DNA from: an uncultured Bacteroidales bacterium
Lineage (GTDB): Bacteria; Bacteroidota; Bacteroidia; Bacteroidales; JAADJA01
Direction of reading: 5' to 3'
DNA: 64,000 nucleotides
Assembly (NCBI GenBank): GCA_964386225.1
Contig: CAYLTG010000001.1
Coordinates: 935 to 64,934 of the forward strand
The translations under genes and the position numbers were made by a program. Within the stretch, counting starts at the first letter, position 1. Each line of letters opens with the position of its first letter. Shown in pieces: positions 53,607-64,000 of the stretch. The notes under the pieces were generated by a model. It saw only the letters and a program-made list of their open reading frames with translations. It had not been told where the DNA came from and ran no database searches.

Positions 53607-54167
53607 TTATTTACGGGGCTTCCAGGGTATTTCGACCGCCCCGAAATCCTGCGATAATTTCCTCGCCAGCACGAACAAATAATCAGAAAGCCGGTTCAAA
53701 AAACGGATGATCACCTCATCCACTTCGTATTTTTCTGCCAGCCTTATGACCAAACGTTCGGCACGCCTGCAAATTGTACGTGCGATGTGGCAATAAGATA
53801 CAACAGGATGACCTCCCGGGAGGATGAAGGAGCGCAGTTCGGGCAGGGATTCGTTCATGGAATCGATCTCCTGCTCAAGCCTGACGACCTCGTGATCATT
53901 CAATGCAGGCAGGTTCTTTTTGTTTTCAGGGCTGTCGGAAGCCAGGTGGGCCTCCGCAGTGAACAGGAATGTCTGTATGTTGAGGAGTTCGGACCGGTAG
54001 TGCTCCGACTTGTTGACGTCGCGGAGCAGCCCGAGAAAGGAGTTCAGTTCGTCAAGCGTGCCGTAGGCATCGATCCGGTCATCGTATTTTGGGACCCGCG
54101 TCCCTCCAAGCAACGAGGTGGTACCCTTGTCACCGCCTTTCGTGTATATTTTATAAGCACTGCCCAT
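53607..54167 (-). CDS. PduO-type ATP:cob(I)alamin adenosyltransferase
   Basis: IYTKGGDKGTTSLLGG...RIDAYGTLDELNSFLG...HIARTICRRAER is the classic PduO/MMAB family pattern. Confidence 0.9.
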   Translation of the reverse strand: MGSAYKIYTKGGDKGTTSLLGGTRVPKYDDRIDAYGTLDELNSFLGLLRDVNKSEHYRSELLNIQTFLFTAEAHLASDSPENKKNLPALNDHEVVRLEQEIDSMNESLPELRSFILPGGHPVVSYCHIARTICRRAERLVIRLAEKYEVDEVIIRFLNRLSDYLFVLARKLSQDFGAVEIPWKPRK

Positions 54168-54177
54168 CTTGAAAGAT

Positions 54178-54903
<726 letters not shown>

Positions 54904-54932
54904 GGTGTATTCCGCTTTCTAACAAAGATAAC

Positions 54933-55718
54933 TTAAAACCTGACGGTAAAGTGTTGTTTTGTCAATTCTTTCCTGAAAAAAACCAGTCCCAGATGAAAGA
55001 GGTCCACGCTCAATGTGACCTTCGGATGCCGCGCGATCTGGTCCCACGCGTTCTCCATCCCCTCCGACCAGTGAATGTCGTCAAATACGATACATGATCC
55101 ATTAACTGTTTTGGTCAGGATTTGTTCAAAATAGGCCAGGGTGGGTTCCTCCCGGTGGTTCCCGTCGATGAAGGCCAGGTCGACCTGGCCGGTCCTCTCC
55201 AGGTAGCCCGGAAGGACATCCTGGAATTCACCGTTGACGACCGTCACATGTCCCAGGCCCAGCGTCTGGAGGTTCTCCCCCGCCAGCCCGGCAATGTTGC
55301 TGCAGCCCTCGATGGTCGTCACCCTCGACGTGTCATGTCCCAGGGCCAGGTAGGCGCTGCTGATGCCCATGGCAGTGCCCAGCTCGAGGATGGTGCCTGG
55401 TTTCAGGAACCGGGAGAGCCTGAAAAGAAGTCGGCCATGTTTCCTGCTTTTGGACGAATGCCGGGTGATCTCGGAAATGGTGCGTACATTCTTCCGGGTG
55501 GCCGTCGACCCGGCACCCAGGTCCGTCACTTCCACAGGCTCCTTGCGCTTCAGCAGTTCCCTCTTCAATCCCTCCACGAGCCTGTATTCAGGGTATGCAT
55601 GGCGGTCATCCAACACCTCCGACACAAGTGTATAGAGGAAAGGGGGGTGGATGTCGAAGGAACTCCTGGCCTGCTGGAGGTAGTTGATATACCGGATGAG
55701 CAATTTCAGTTTTTGCAT
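54933..55718 (-). CDS. Class I SAM-dependent (O-)methyltransferase
   Basis: ILELGTAMGISSAYL is motif I, followed by DLAFIDGNH, in a family-3 O-methyltransferase-like layout. Confidence 0.75.
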   Translation of the reverse strand: MQKLKLLIRYINYLQQARSSFDIHPPFLYTLVSEVLDDRHAYPEYRLVEGLKRELLKRKEPVEVTDLGAGSTATRKNVRTISEITRHSSKSRKHGRLLFRLSRFLKPGTILELGTAMGISSAYLALGHDTSRVTTIEGCSNIAGLAGENLQTLGLGHVTVVNGEFQDVLPGYLERTGQVDLAFIDGNHREEPTLAYFEQILTKTVNGSCIVFDDIHWSEGMENAWDQIARHPKVTLSVDLFHLGLVFFRKELTKQHFTVRF

Positions 55719-55772
55719 GTAACAAAAATAGTTTACCCGGCATGAAAATTAAAATCCGGGTTGCGATTCAGA

Positions 55773-55801
55773 TAAAAAAAACCGCTCTGGCCGGAGCGGT
55801 T
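55773..55801 (-). terminator. Rho-independent terminator after the ppiD-like gene
   Basis: The minus strand reads ACCGCTC-CGGCCA-GAGCGGT followed by T8. Confidence 0.65.
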
Positions 55802-55825
55802 TCTTGCAATTTCTTATTCGGTCCG

Positions 55826-57955
55826 TTAATAGAACCTGACGCGGTTGTCAGTGATGTCCGCTTCTTCCTCCAGCACCTGCAGGTAGGAGTTGTTGTTCAC
55901 CTTGGCCCTGAAGTTCATGAGCAGTTGCCGTTCATAGATCCTGTTGTCCTCGCCGGCAGCAGGAGGGGTGATGTTGTCCACCACCACGATGAAGGCGGCA
56001 TTGTTCCCCTTGATGGGGCCGGCGAACTCGCCCGGCGACATGGTCAGGATCTTGGAGATCACGTTGGATTCGTTCCCGAAGCCTGCAATGTTGCGGGTGG
56101 CGAAGGTCAGGTTATTGACGGAGTCGACCGTGGCACTCAGCCTGGTGGCAAGCTGGGCGGGATCCTTCGTCTCGGCGATGGCCTCATTCATCCGTGCCAC
56201 GACCACATCCCCCTTGAGGTCGGTCAGGACCAGGGGCTCCAGGGTCTCGCGGATGGATTCCATGTCGGGGATGCCGGCCTCCCGGATGGCCGTCAGGATG
56301 GCAACCACGTATTTCTCTTCCATGGTGAAGACCGGCGATACGGCACCGACGCCCAGGTCTTCCAGGTAAGCCCACTGGATGATCTGCCTGGGGTAATCCA
56401 GGCCTGCAATGCGGTTCGACATCTTTTCGAGGTAGGTGGCACTCCGCTTCTGGAGGCCCAGGTTGGTGGCCAGGGTGTCAAAAGCCTCGTAGTCGGTGGA
56501 CCTGCCCTGGAATTCACTGGCCTGTGCAAACACGTCCTGGTAGGTATTCTGGCTGGGCGAAATGTCGATGTCAATGACCGCTACCCTTACTTTCTTCACG
56601 GGGTCGAGCTTGTCGGTGACACGGATCACATGATACCCGAACTGCGACTCGGCCACGGTGATCGTCCCAACGGGATTTGTCAGCACCGCCTGGTTGAAAG
56701 GATACACCATGTTGCCGTCGGCGAACCATCCGAGGTCCCCGCTGTTGTCGGCTGCCGATGGGTCGTCCGACAACTCCACTGCCAGCTGCCCGAGGCGGTC
56801 GGGGGCGGCGGCGATCACATTTCTCAGGCTGTCGGCCAGCGCCTTCGCCTCGGCTTTGCTCCTGGTGATGTCGGGCTGCGCCATCAAGGCACCCTGGAAA
56901 GCGATGAGCAGGTGGCTCGCCTTCATGGAATCAGGACGGAACTGGGTCTCCATGAGCTTGGCCATGTGCCACTGGTTGTCCTGGATATAGGGTTCGACGA
57001 ACTTGCCCGGCTCCGAATTGAAGACGGCGGAATCGATCCGGATGGGGAGCTCGCCCTGTTTAAAGAATGAGCTGTCGAAACGGTTTACCGATTCCGAGTT
57101 GACGAAAAGCGGGATATTCTCCGCCTGTTTGAAATCTTCGTAAATGGCAAAGACGTCCTCGCGGATCCTTCTCCTGTCTTCGGCCGAAGGCCTCACGTCG
57201 AAGATCACGTATTCAAGGTCGCGCGATTCTTCCTGCTTGTAATTCTGTTTGTACTTGTCATAATACTCCCGGAGGTCCTTGTCCGTCACCGTCACCAGCG
57301 AATCGGCCACCGTGCTGAAACGGACGCCGACAAGGCGGGCGTTGGCATTGGTCTTCTTCTCGTTGTAATCCATCACGAGGAAGGTGTCGGGCATGAAGTA
57401 GGCTTTGGAGATCATGTTGGTGTACTTGGACCTGAGCCGGTCGTCCTTGATGGCCTGCACGAACTCGTCCCACTGGCCGCGGCTGGTGGCATCCATCTGG
57501 TCGAGCTGCTTGATGTAGTTCCTTACCAGTTCGGGATCGTATTGCTGGGTCTGGGGATCCTTGAAATATTGAAGGATATAAGCGTGCGGGTTGTCGCCCT
57601 GGATCTGGTCGAACAGTTCGTCGGCCGTCACCGACAGCCCCAGCTTCTGGTATTCCTTCTCCAGGATGATCGACTGCACGATCTGGTCGAAAGTCTGCTC
57701 CCTAAGCCTGAACGCCTCGTCGGGGGTCAGGGCATCCTTGTTCTGGTTCCTCTTCTGGTTCTCGGCATTCTGTTCATATTTGGCGTCGAAATAGGTATAG
57801 TTGATTTCCTCACCCAGTACTTCAGCAATGTTGAACACCTGCCTGCTCGCTCCGCGCGGGCTCAGGAAATCGCCCAGGACGAAGGCTGCAAGCGCCACTC
57901 CCACAATGATTATCAATAATCCGGATTGTTTTCTTATTGTTCCAATTACCGCCAT
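55826..57955 (-). CDS. ppiD: PpiD/SurA-like periplasmic peptidyl-prolyl isomerase chaperone
   Basis: Start at ATG 57955 (MAVIGTIRKQSGLLIIIVGVALAAFVLGDF, an N-terminal anchor). It has a parvulin-like segment ASHLLIAF...GDLGWF...GYHVIRV. Confidence 0.8.
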   Translation of the reverse strand: MAVIGTIRKQSGLLIIIVGVALAAFVLGDFLSPRGASRQVFNIAEVLGEEINYTYFDAKYEQNAENQKRNQNKDALTPDEAFRLREQTFDQIVQSIILEKEYQKLGLSVTADELFDQIQGDNPHAYILQYFKDPQTQQYDPELVRNYIKQLDQMDATSRGQWDEFVQAIKDDRLRSKYTNMISKAYFMPDTFLVMDYNEKKTNANARLVGVRFSTVADSLVTVTDKDLREYYDKYKQNYKQEESRDLEYVIFDVRPSAEDRRRIREDVFAIYEDFKQAENIPLFVNSESVNRFDSSFFKQGELPIRIDSAVFNSEPGKFVEPYIQDNQWHMAKLMETQFRPDSMKASHLLIAFQGALMAQPDITRSKAEAKALADSLRNVIAAAPDRLGQLAVELSDDPSAADNSGDLGWFADGNMVYPFNQAVLTNPVGTITVAESQFGYHVIRVTDKLDPVKKVRVAVIDIDISPSQNTYQDVFAQASEFQGRSTDYEAFDTLATNLGLQKRSATYLEKMSNRIAGLDYPRQIIQWAYLEDLGVGAVSPVFTMEEKYVVAILTAIREAGIPDMESIRETLEPLVLTDLKGDVVVARMNEAIAETKDPAQLATRLSATVDSVNNLTFATRNIAGFGNESNVISKILTMSPGEFAGPIKGNNAAFIVVVDNITPPAAGEDNRIYERQLLMNFRAKVNNNSYLQVLEEEADITDNRVRFY

Positions 57956-58069
57956 AATTCCATTTTTTGAAAGAATTTGCAAATGTACAATAACTAAATG
58001 AAATGGAAAATTTTTTGCGAAATAATATTGGACGGGGTGGTGAAGGGCATTTTGCTGGATCCTAATGAC

Positions 58070-59344
58070 TTAGGATTCCTCCCGCAACTTGATGAGCTCC
58101 ACAAGGTCAATGCGGGATTCGGTGGCTTCCTTGATGATGAACCGGAACGACTTGAAGGTGATCTCCTCGTCGATCGCGGGAATGCTCTCGTGCACCTGGA
58201 TGATCAGCCCCCCCAGCGTCTCGTATTCTTCAGAATCGGGAAGGCCGAGGGAGTATTTCTCGTTCAGGTAATCGATCTCGTGACGGGCCGAGAACAGGTA
58301 TTCGTTCTCCGAGATCTTTTCCTCCCGGAGCTCTTCCTGGTCGTATTCGTCCTCGATCTCCCCGAAGATCTCCTCGATGATGTCCTCCAGGGTCACGATG
58401 CCGGAGGTGCCCCCGAATTCATCCACCACCACGGCGATCGTTTTGTGATCCTTGATGAAAATGTTGAGCACATTGTCGGCCAGAATGGTTTCCGGGAAAA
58501 TGGGCACCGGGATGACGATCGATTTAATGTCCTTTGGCTTGGAGAAGACATTGGAGGTGTGGACGAACCCGATGATGTTGTCGATGGTCTCACGGTAAAT
58601 GAGCACCTTGGAATGCCCCGACTCGATGAAAGTCCTCTTCAGCGTGTCCAGGCTGTCGTTTTCCTCCAGCGCGGTAATGTCGGTTCGCGGCACCATGCAT
58701 TCGCGCAGTTTGACGCTCTTGAACTCGATGGCATTCTGCAGCATCTGGATCTCCTGGTTCACCTCGGCAATCTCTTTTTTGGCCGGTGTGAGCTCCTTGA
58801 TGTAATGGTCCAGGTCGACCGGGCTGAATGCATATTCCTCGTTCATCAGCTGCACCCGCAGGACCCGGCGGATGAAATACTCGGAAATGCCAACGGTGGC
58901 ATGGATAAAGGGGTAGAAGATCCAGTAGATGATGTTGATGGGGAATGCGAAGAATTTCAGGATGTTGTTTGAGTTCAGCCTGAAAAGGGCCTTCGGAATG
59001 AACTCGGCCGTGAGGAGGATGATCAGGGTGGAAACGATCGTCTGCAGCGTGAGCACCACGTATTCGGAACTGTACTCCGGTCCGAGCAGGCGGATGAGCC
59101 AGGGCTCCAGGATGTTGGCCATGGCAATACCATAGATGACGAGGGCAATGTTGTTACCAAGCAGCAGGGTGCCCAGAATGCGCGATGGCTTTTTTACGAA
59201 CCGGGCAAGGATCCTGGCCGAGTACAATCCCTTGTTCTTGTCGAGTTCGATCCGGAGCTTGTTGGAACTGACAAAGGCGATCTCCATGCCTGAAAAGAAG
59301 GCAGAGAAGATCAGGGATATCACGACAATGTACCAGTTGTCCAT
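58070..59344 (-). CDS. gldE: CNNM/CorC-HlyC family membrane protein (GldE-like)
   Basis: The layout is a DUF21 TM domain, a CBS pair and a CorC_HlyC C-terminus (...ETLGGLIIQVHESIP...). Its position next to lptC and ppiD is as in other Bacteroidota. The gene symbol is tentative. Confidence 0.8.
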   Translation of the reverse strand: MDNWYIVVISLIFSAFFSGMEIAFVSSNKLRIELDKNKGLYSARILARFVKKPSRILGTLLLGNNIALVIYGIAMANILEPWLIRLLGPEYSSEYVVLTLQTIVSTLIILLTAEFIPKALFRLNSNNILKFFAFPINIIYWIFYPFIHATVGISEYFIRRVLRVQLMNEEYAFSPVDLDHYIKELTPAKKEIAEVNQEIQMLQNAIEFKSVKLRECMVPRTDITALEENDSLDTLKRTFIESGHSKVLIYRETIDNIIGFVHTSNVFSKPKDIKSIVIPVPIFPETILADNVLNIFIKDHKTIAVVVDEFGGTSGIVTLEDIIEEIFGEIEDEYDQEELREEKISENEYLFSARHEIDYLNEKYSLGLPDSEEYETLGGLIIQVHESIPAIDEEITFKSFRFIIKEATESRIDLVELIKLREES

Positions 59345-59350
59345 GGGCAG

Positions 59351-59950
59351 TTATTTATCAGGTTCATCTTCATCGGGATAGATGGTCAGGTCGCCGGTGG
59401 GTTTGTGGATCTCGTACGAGTCGAAACTTTCATCGGAGCGAAGTCCCTCGCCGAAAAGGACCTGGTTGGGTTTCGTGATCTTGATGAACACATCCGAATA
59501 GATGATCCCCGTTTTCCTCTCCCAAATGAGGTGTTCGGTCTCGAGCATCTCGTCCTTCTCGATGTTCCTGACCACCACATTGTTCTTTGCCTCCATCTTT
59601 TTCTCGTTGTCGTACATGATCCCGTACCGGGCCGTGATCTCCGATTTGGGCACCGAAGCGGAATCATAGAAGATCACGCGGAAGCCATCAGGGAACTCGA
59701 TCACGGGCTCATCCGTCCCCTGGCGGGTCATGAACGGGCTTTCCAGGAAAGCCTTGACTCTTCCCGAGTCGCTGTATATCATTTCGATGTCGAACGCGAT
59801 CTCTTCCGGCATGGAGTCGGTCATGGTGAGGGAATGGATCGTATTCAGGTCATTCTTGCATGAAAAAAGCAATGTCATGACCAGGGCCATGACAATGCTA
59901 TGTGGGATGAAAGAAGTGGAACTGCTGGGTTGTCTGGGAATGTCGTTCAC
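59351..59950 (-). CDS. lptC: LPS export periplasmic protein LptC
   Basis: The pattern is lipobox/anchor ...MALVMTLLFSC followed by ...DIEMIYSDSGRVKA...ARYGIMYDNEKKMEAKNNVVV.... The true start may be the internal ATG at 59890. Confidence 0.7.
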   Translation of the reverse strand: MNDIPRQPSSSTSFIPHSIVMALVMTLLFSCKNDLNTIHSLTMTDSMPEEIAFDIEMIYSDSGRVKAFLESPFMTRQGTDEPVIEFPDGFRVIFYDSASVPKSEITARYGIMYDNEKKMEAKNNVVVRNIEKDEMLETEHLIWERKTGIIYSDVFIKITKPNQVLFGEGLRSDESFDSYEIHKPTGDLTIYPDEDEPDK

Positions 59951-59962
59951 TTCAATGGGTTC

Positions 59963-61312
59963 TTAATCCGACGACCGCACGGTGGTGGTCTCGTTGATCC
60001 AGCACTCGACGGTGAAGGAGTCACCCTCTTTCAGGTCGTGGAAGAAGATCTGCTCCGTGGCCGGAAAATACTGGGTGAACGTGTTTATCTTGGTCTGTGC
60101 GAGCTCGGCCACCTCCGGGTCCACGTTCCTGGCCTGGAAATATTTGTCCACGGCGGCCCAGTAGGCTACTTTGCTGTAGAAGTCTCCATCCCCGCAGTCC
60201 TTGGCCGAAGCGGCGTAGAGGTCGCCGATCACGATGTAGGATTTGCCGTCGTTGGGCCTTACCTTGAGGGTGGCATAGCATTCGGCCCGGGCTTCCGAGA
60301 ACCGTTTCAGCTGAAAGAAGACATTGCCCAGGAGGAAATGGACATCGGCCCTTTCCTGGTCGTCGTCATAAAGCTTGATGGCCTCCTGCAGGTAAGGCAC
60401 CGCATCGGCGAACCGCTCACGCTTGATGTACATCTTGCCCGTCAGTTCGGCGGTGTTTGCAGAGGGCTCCGCCTTGTGAAGGTTCTCCGTGGCCTTGAAG
60501 AAGAGATCGGAATCCGTGCAGTTCTTCTTGTCCAGTATCTTGGTGATCTTCTTGAGGAGCTCCACATCGTTGGGAGCATCGTTGAATTTGATGGTGTAGA
60601 GGCTGATGAGGTCCTCACACTTGGCCCAGGGTTCGAAGGAAAGCTCAATGTTGCCGCGGATGTTCTCCCACCTTGCTTTTTCGCCTTCATCCTGTGCCTT
60701 GGCAAGGTTGTGTTCAATGATCGCACTGGTCTGGTCATAGATGTCGACCAGCACCGTCGAGTCGGCCTTGCCCGCTTTCACCATTTTTTCGGCAGCCCTG
60801 AAATAATAGATGATCGCTTCCCCGCTGGATTCGTTGCCTTCCAGTTCGATGGATTTCTTGAGGATGTTATAGGACTTCTCATAATCGGAAGGACGCAGCT
60901 TGTAAAGGTCGGAACCCTTTTTCCCAAGTACGTACCCTTCACTTCCATAATACTGGATCCTCCTGTCATACACCATCATGAGGGTGTCGATGTATTTGTC
61001 CTTCTTGGCCTTGTCGGTGGTGCTCTTCAGCATTTCCTCCACCAGTTTTTCGCCGTGGAGGTAAATGTTCTTCGTGCTGGCAGGGCAGTTGATGAATACC
61101 CACCGCCAGGGCTTGTAAGCGTCTTTCCAGGCAGTGTTCTTATAGTTGCTGGCTTTCCATTGCTTGAAGAATTCATAATACAGGGAGTTGTTCTCAATGC
61201 ATTTTACACTGTCTTCCCCGTATTTTGAACCCTCATCACTTTGCGCATATATGCTTCCGATGAAAAATATTCCGATTACTAACCCTAAGATTCTAATTGA
61301 ACTTCTTTTCAT
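59963..61312 (-). CDS. Secreted TPR-repeat protein
   Basis: Signal peptide MKRSSIRILGLVIGIFFIGSIYAQ. Several TPR-like helical pairs are present (A..YL.EAIKLYDDD, A...Y..AL...P.D). Confidence 0.7.
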   Translation of the reverse strand: MKRSSIRILGLVIGIFFIGSIYAQSDEGSKYGEDSVKCIENNSLYYEFFKQWKASNYKNTAWKDAYKPWRWVFINCPASTKNIYLHGEKLVEEMLKSTTDKAKKDKYIDTLMMVYDRRIQYYGSEGYVLGKKGSDLYKLRPSDYEKSYNILKKSIELEGNESSGEAIIYYFRAAEKMVKAGKADSTVLVDIYDQTSAIIEHNLAKAQDEGEKARWENIRGNIELSFEPWAKCEDLISLYTIKFNDAPNDVELLKKITKILDKKNCTDSDLFFKATENLHKAEPSANTAELTGKMYIKRERFADAVPYLQEAIKLYDDDQERADVHFLLGNVFFQLKRFSEARAECYATLKVRPNDGKSYIVIGDLYAASAKDCGDGDFYSKVAYWAAVDKYFQARNVDPEVAELAQTKINTFTQYFPATEQIFFHDLKEGDSFTVECWINETTTVRSSD

Positions 61313-61391
61313 GATAGATTAACAGTTGATTGACCAATTTGCTGCAAGGCAGAACAAAATTAATGATTTAAGTGATAAAAAACACATTAAA

Positions 61392-62696
61392 TTAATTGTA
61401 GCGCCTTTTGAAGAACCACCATTCATACAGTGTGATTCCCATGTGCACATTGAAATAATTCTCCTGGATCAGGCCGTTGACCACAGTGCCCCGGCGACCG
61501 AGCTCGAACCCCAGGTTGATCACCGAGCGGGTCCTGCGGATCATGTTGCTGACCACGGGCAGACCAAGTCCAAATGATATGCCAAACCCGGAGATCTGCT
61601 CTCCTCTGAGGTTGAGCGGATATTGGGTATAATGGCCCCCGAGGCGGTATTCGATCCGCTGGACATAGGAAAAACTGTTGGGATTGGGAGTATATTGTCC
61701 CCCGACCCTGAATTTCTGCATGTTGACCAGGGAATCCGATTCGCCGAACGAGGAGTAGTCCTTCCATCCGCCGAATTCATACTCGGCGGCGACCAGCCAG
61801 TGGTTCCGGCGTCCGATCGAGAATCCCAGGCCAAGCCCCTGCGGGATCACCACGGTGCCTTTTTCGTTCACGACCCTGTTGACGGTGTCGACGATGAGCG
61901 GAACCCCGCTGAGGTCCCCGAGATAGGTCCGTACCAGGTGATTCCTTTTGGCATTCAACTCCTGCCGGGGGCTGTAGGTAAGCCCGACAGTATATTGCAC
62001 GCCACGGGTCGAATCAAGAACTTTGTGGAACTGGGCGCCGAAATCGAAATAAAGGTCATTGATGGTCACGGCATTGTTCACAAGGGAACTGATCATGTTG
62101 GGGATCTCCGGGAACGTCACCTTCTGGACCCGGTCCATGGTGCCGAACACATAGGAGGCGTTGACCCCGAGCGACAGATTGCGGAAGGGCTGGATCGAAT
62201 TTCCCCAGTATGCACGGGTGGTCCCGCCGGATCCCTCAAAGATGTACTTCGCGGTGCCCACATCCTGTATCGGGGTGAGATCGGTGGCGTCATATCCCAT
62301 TACGCTGAATGGCAGCATCCCGAAGCTGCTCTTCCACCATCTGGTGACCGGGAACCCGAATAAAAGATGGGTGAGGGTGGCACTGGAATAACTTTCGCTC
62401 AACCCTTCGTTCTTCAGGGTCATGTAATGACCGCTGGCACCCCCCTCGAAGACGAAGGACGTGCTGTCAAAGCCGCTGTAAGAGGCAGGGTTGGTGATGT
62501 ATACGTTGAAATTGTCCCGCATCGCGACACCCACGCCGCCCATGGACCGGCTCCGGATGTTCGTCACTTCCGACAGGTTCCCGATCCCGTAGGCGGAATA
62601 GGGTGAACTGACCGTCGTCTGGCCCGCCGCCAGGATGGGGGCGCATAGAGTGACAAGGACCCAAAGGGGACGGTACTTACTTCTGGTTCTCCGCAT
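61392..62696 (-). CDS. Outer-membrane beta-barrel protein (FadL/PorV-like pattern, family uncertain)
   Basis: It has a signal peptide and an N-terminal SPYSAYGIGN motif typical of such barrels. The C-terminal ...YEWWFFKRRYN is aromatic-rich. The 5' end overlaps the coaX stop by 20 nt, so the start is uncertain. Confidence 0.7.
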   Translation of the reverse strand: MRRTRSKYRPLWVLVTLCAPILAAGQTTVSSPYSAYGIGNLSEVTNIRSRSMGGVGVAMRDNFNVYITNPASYSGFDSTSFVFEGGASGHYMTLKNEGLSESYSSATLTHLLFGFPVTRWWKSSFGMLPFSVMGYDATDLTPIQDVGTAKYIFEGSGGTTRAYWGNSIQPFRNLSLGVNASYVFGTMDRVQKVTFPEIPNMISSLVNNAVTINDLYFDFGAQFHKVLDSTRGVQYTVGLTYSPRQELNAKRNHLVRTYLGDLSGVPLIVDTVNRVVNEKGTVVIPQGLGLGFSIGRRNHWLVAAEYEFGGWKDYSSFGESDSLVNMQKFRVGGQYTPNPNSFSYVQRIEYRLGGHYTQYPLNLRGEQISGFGISFGLGLPVVSNMIRRTRSVINLGFELGRRGTVVNGLIQENYFNVHMGITLYEWWFFKRRYN

Positions 62697-63429
62697 GATA
62701 TCGCAATATGTCCTTCAATCCCATCAGCACTAAATTGGGGACTGCAAAGATGTCATTTTTTAGCCGTTTATCAAAATAATTGGCATCCCCGCCGGTTAAT
62801 ATGACGGCCAGGTCGGGAAACGATTCCCGGTACCGGTCGATGATCCCGTCGATTTCTGCCAGTGTCCCGTTCACGACGCCCGACCGGATCGACCCTTCGG
62901 TGGAGCGGCCGATGAGCCCGGCATCGCCGGCCACACTAACTAACGGCAACCGGCTGGTAAAAGTATTCAACGCTTTGAAACGGATCGTCAGGCCGGGCGA
63001 TATCCCGCCCCCCATGTATTCGCCGCTGCCGTTGGTGAAATCGTAGGTGATGCAGGTACCCGCGTCGATGGAGAGGACGTTCCTCCCCGGGAAGAGCGCA
63101 TTTGCTGCCACGGCGGCTGCGATCCTGTCGTTCCCGAGCGTGCCGGGGGTGCCATACAGGTTCCTCACAGGAAGTGGTGTGTCGGCCGACAACACCAGCA
63201 ACTCCATCCGGCCCGAGATCGCCCCGATGATCGAGGCATCGTCCGAAACGACGCTGGAATAGATCGCCGGACCGAGGCTGCCGGCACCGAAACGGATTTC
63301 CGCCTCATCCAGCATCGCATTCAGCTGAGCATCGGTGCCCGGTTCCAGGATGGCGATCTCGGGGTCGCGCCCCTCCCCGAATAATGCGGTTTTCATCCGG
63401 GTATTGCCCCGGTCTATGACAAGATACAT
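62677..63429 (-). CDS. coaX: Type III pantothenate kinase
   Basis: Start at ATG 63429 (MYLVIDRGNTRMK). Motifs GNDRIAAAVAA and SIDAGTCITYD; the C-terminal GGDA is an ASKHA-fold CoaX signature. Confidence 0.9.
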   Translation of the reverse strand: MYLVIDRGNTRMKTALFGEGRDPEIAILEPGTDAQLNAMLDEAEIRFGAGSLGPAIYSSVVSDDASIIGAISGRMELLVLSADTPLPVRNLYGTPGTLGNDRIAAAVAANALFPGRNVLSIDAGTCITYDFTNGSGEYMGGGISPGLTIRFKALNTFTSRLPLVSVAGDAGLIGRSTEGSIRSGVVNGTLAEIDGIIDRYRESFPDLAVILTGGDANYFDKRLKNDIFAVPNLVLMGLKDILRYHAENQK

Positions 63430-63539
63430 GCTGATCCGCTCTTTTATGATCGTAAGAAGATGCAAATTTACGACACATCCATCAATACAGAATGTTAAAT
63501 ATCAATAAATTATAAGATTCAAAAAATACACAAAAAACT

Positions 63540-63569
63540 TTTGAATTTCGATAAATGTATTTACTTTTG
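63540..63569 (+). promoter_or_regulatory. Promoter of tRNA-Phe (TTTG-N18-TACTTTTG)
   Basis: TTTG at 63540-63543 and TACTTTTG at 63562-63569, 36 nt upstream of the tRNA 5' end. Confidence 0.5.
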
Positions 63570-63604
63570 CTGCCTCGTTGAACAGACGTCAGTTCTTTTA
63601 ATCC

Positions 63605-63677
63605 GGTACCATAGCTCAGCTGGTAGAGCACAGGACTGAAAATCCTGGTGTCCCTGGTTCGATTCCAGGTGGTACCA
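63605..63677 (+). tRNA. tRNA-Phe (GAA)
   Basis: The cloverleaf reads GGTACCA TA GCTC AGCTGGTA GAGC A CAGGA CTGAAAA TCCTG GTGTC CCTGG TTCGATT CCAGG TGGTACC A. No CCA is encoded. Confidence 0.95.
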
Positions 63678-63684
63678 CTGCAAG

Positions 63685-63713
63685 GCCCTTCACGTTGAAG
63701 GGCTTTGTCGTTT
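63685..63713 (+). terminator. Terminator after tRNA-Phe
   Basis: GCCCTTCA-CGT-TGAAGGGC hairpin followed by TTTGTCGTTT. Confidence 0.55.
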
Positions 63714-63823
63714 CAGGGCCTTGAATAAATCTTGCCGATTTCTTGCAAATACCTCCGGAAAATTTTATATTTGAACAGGCAATTAATCCCCCGTCTCTTG
63801 TTTCGGGTCCTAATAATTCGGTT

Positions 63824-64000
63824 ATGAAACAGTTCCTGCTAATCATTTTCTCTTTGCTCATTCTTGCTGGATGCAACGATCAGAGCCCCCCAAAAGAACC
63901 TGTCGTGGATATTGAAGCGGAAAAGGAAAAGGTCGCCCTGGTCCTTGAAAGATATGTCATTGCGAATGAAAAACAGGACATTGAAATGGTGCATGACATC
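63824..64000 (+). CDS. Lipoprotein, N-terminal fragment (possibly SnoaL/DUF4440-like; continues past window)
   Basis: ATG 63824 gives MKQFLLIIFSLLILAGC (lipobox). The following ...EKEKVALVLERYVIANEKQDIEMVHDI resembles the start of NTF2-like folds. Confidence 0.55.
   Translation, partial: MKQFLLIIFSLLILAGCNDQSPPKEPVVDIEAEKEKVALVLERYVIANEKQDIEMVHDI

Overview
This is a 64-kb chromosomal window from a GC-rich bacterium, most likely Bacteroidota. That assignment is inferred from several T9SS C-terminal sorting domains, TAnnTTTG-type -7 promoter boxes, many lipobox and OM beta-barrel proteins, and the coaX / OMP / TPR / lptC / gldE-like / ppiD-like gene order. I call about 57 protein genes and 2 tRNAs (initiator tRNA-Met and tRNA-Phe). 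I saw no rRNA, CRISPR array, transposase or integrase. From about 19 kb onward the content is mostly housekeeping: pyrC-like, fbp, mfd, folE, pdxJ, an O-antigen/LPS-type glycan cluster, manA-like, era, der, a PduO-type adenosyltransferase, lptC and coaX. The left 18 kb (480-17785) looks accessory. It holds two T9SS cargo proteins, two lipoproteins carrying four PSCyt1-like CxxCH modules followed by a small beta-barrel, and a hemerythrin-like protein coupled to a LuxR regulator. It also holds a porin plus a secreted FMN-binding-domain protein, and a seven-gene minus-strand unit: YceI, propeller histidine kinase, LytTR regulator, OB-fold protein, T9SS CxxCH triple-repeat protein, YceI and DUF2892. 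The strongest sequence-level finding is the exact 12-mer ATTCCCGTTCAC. It occurs twice at 21-bp phasing directly downstream of the LytTR regulator gene, and a third time in the same orientation upstream of the CxxCH-lipoprotein operon 9 kb away. This suggests one LytTR-controlled regulon of extracytoplasmic heme, flavin and isoprenoid-binding proteins. Other items are an AT-rich islet of about 1.2 kb beside tRNA-fMet, bounded by a direct repeat of about 16 bp and encoding a duplicated six-Cys-module lipoprotein, and a TlpA / beta-barrel / CxxC-lipoprotein operon. All functional calls come from motif recognition by eye; no database search was run.
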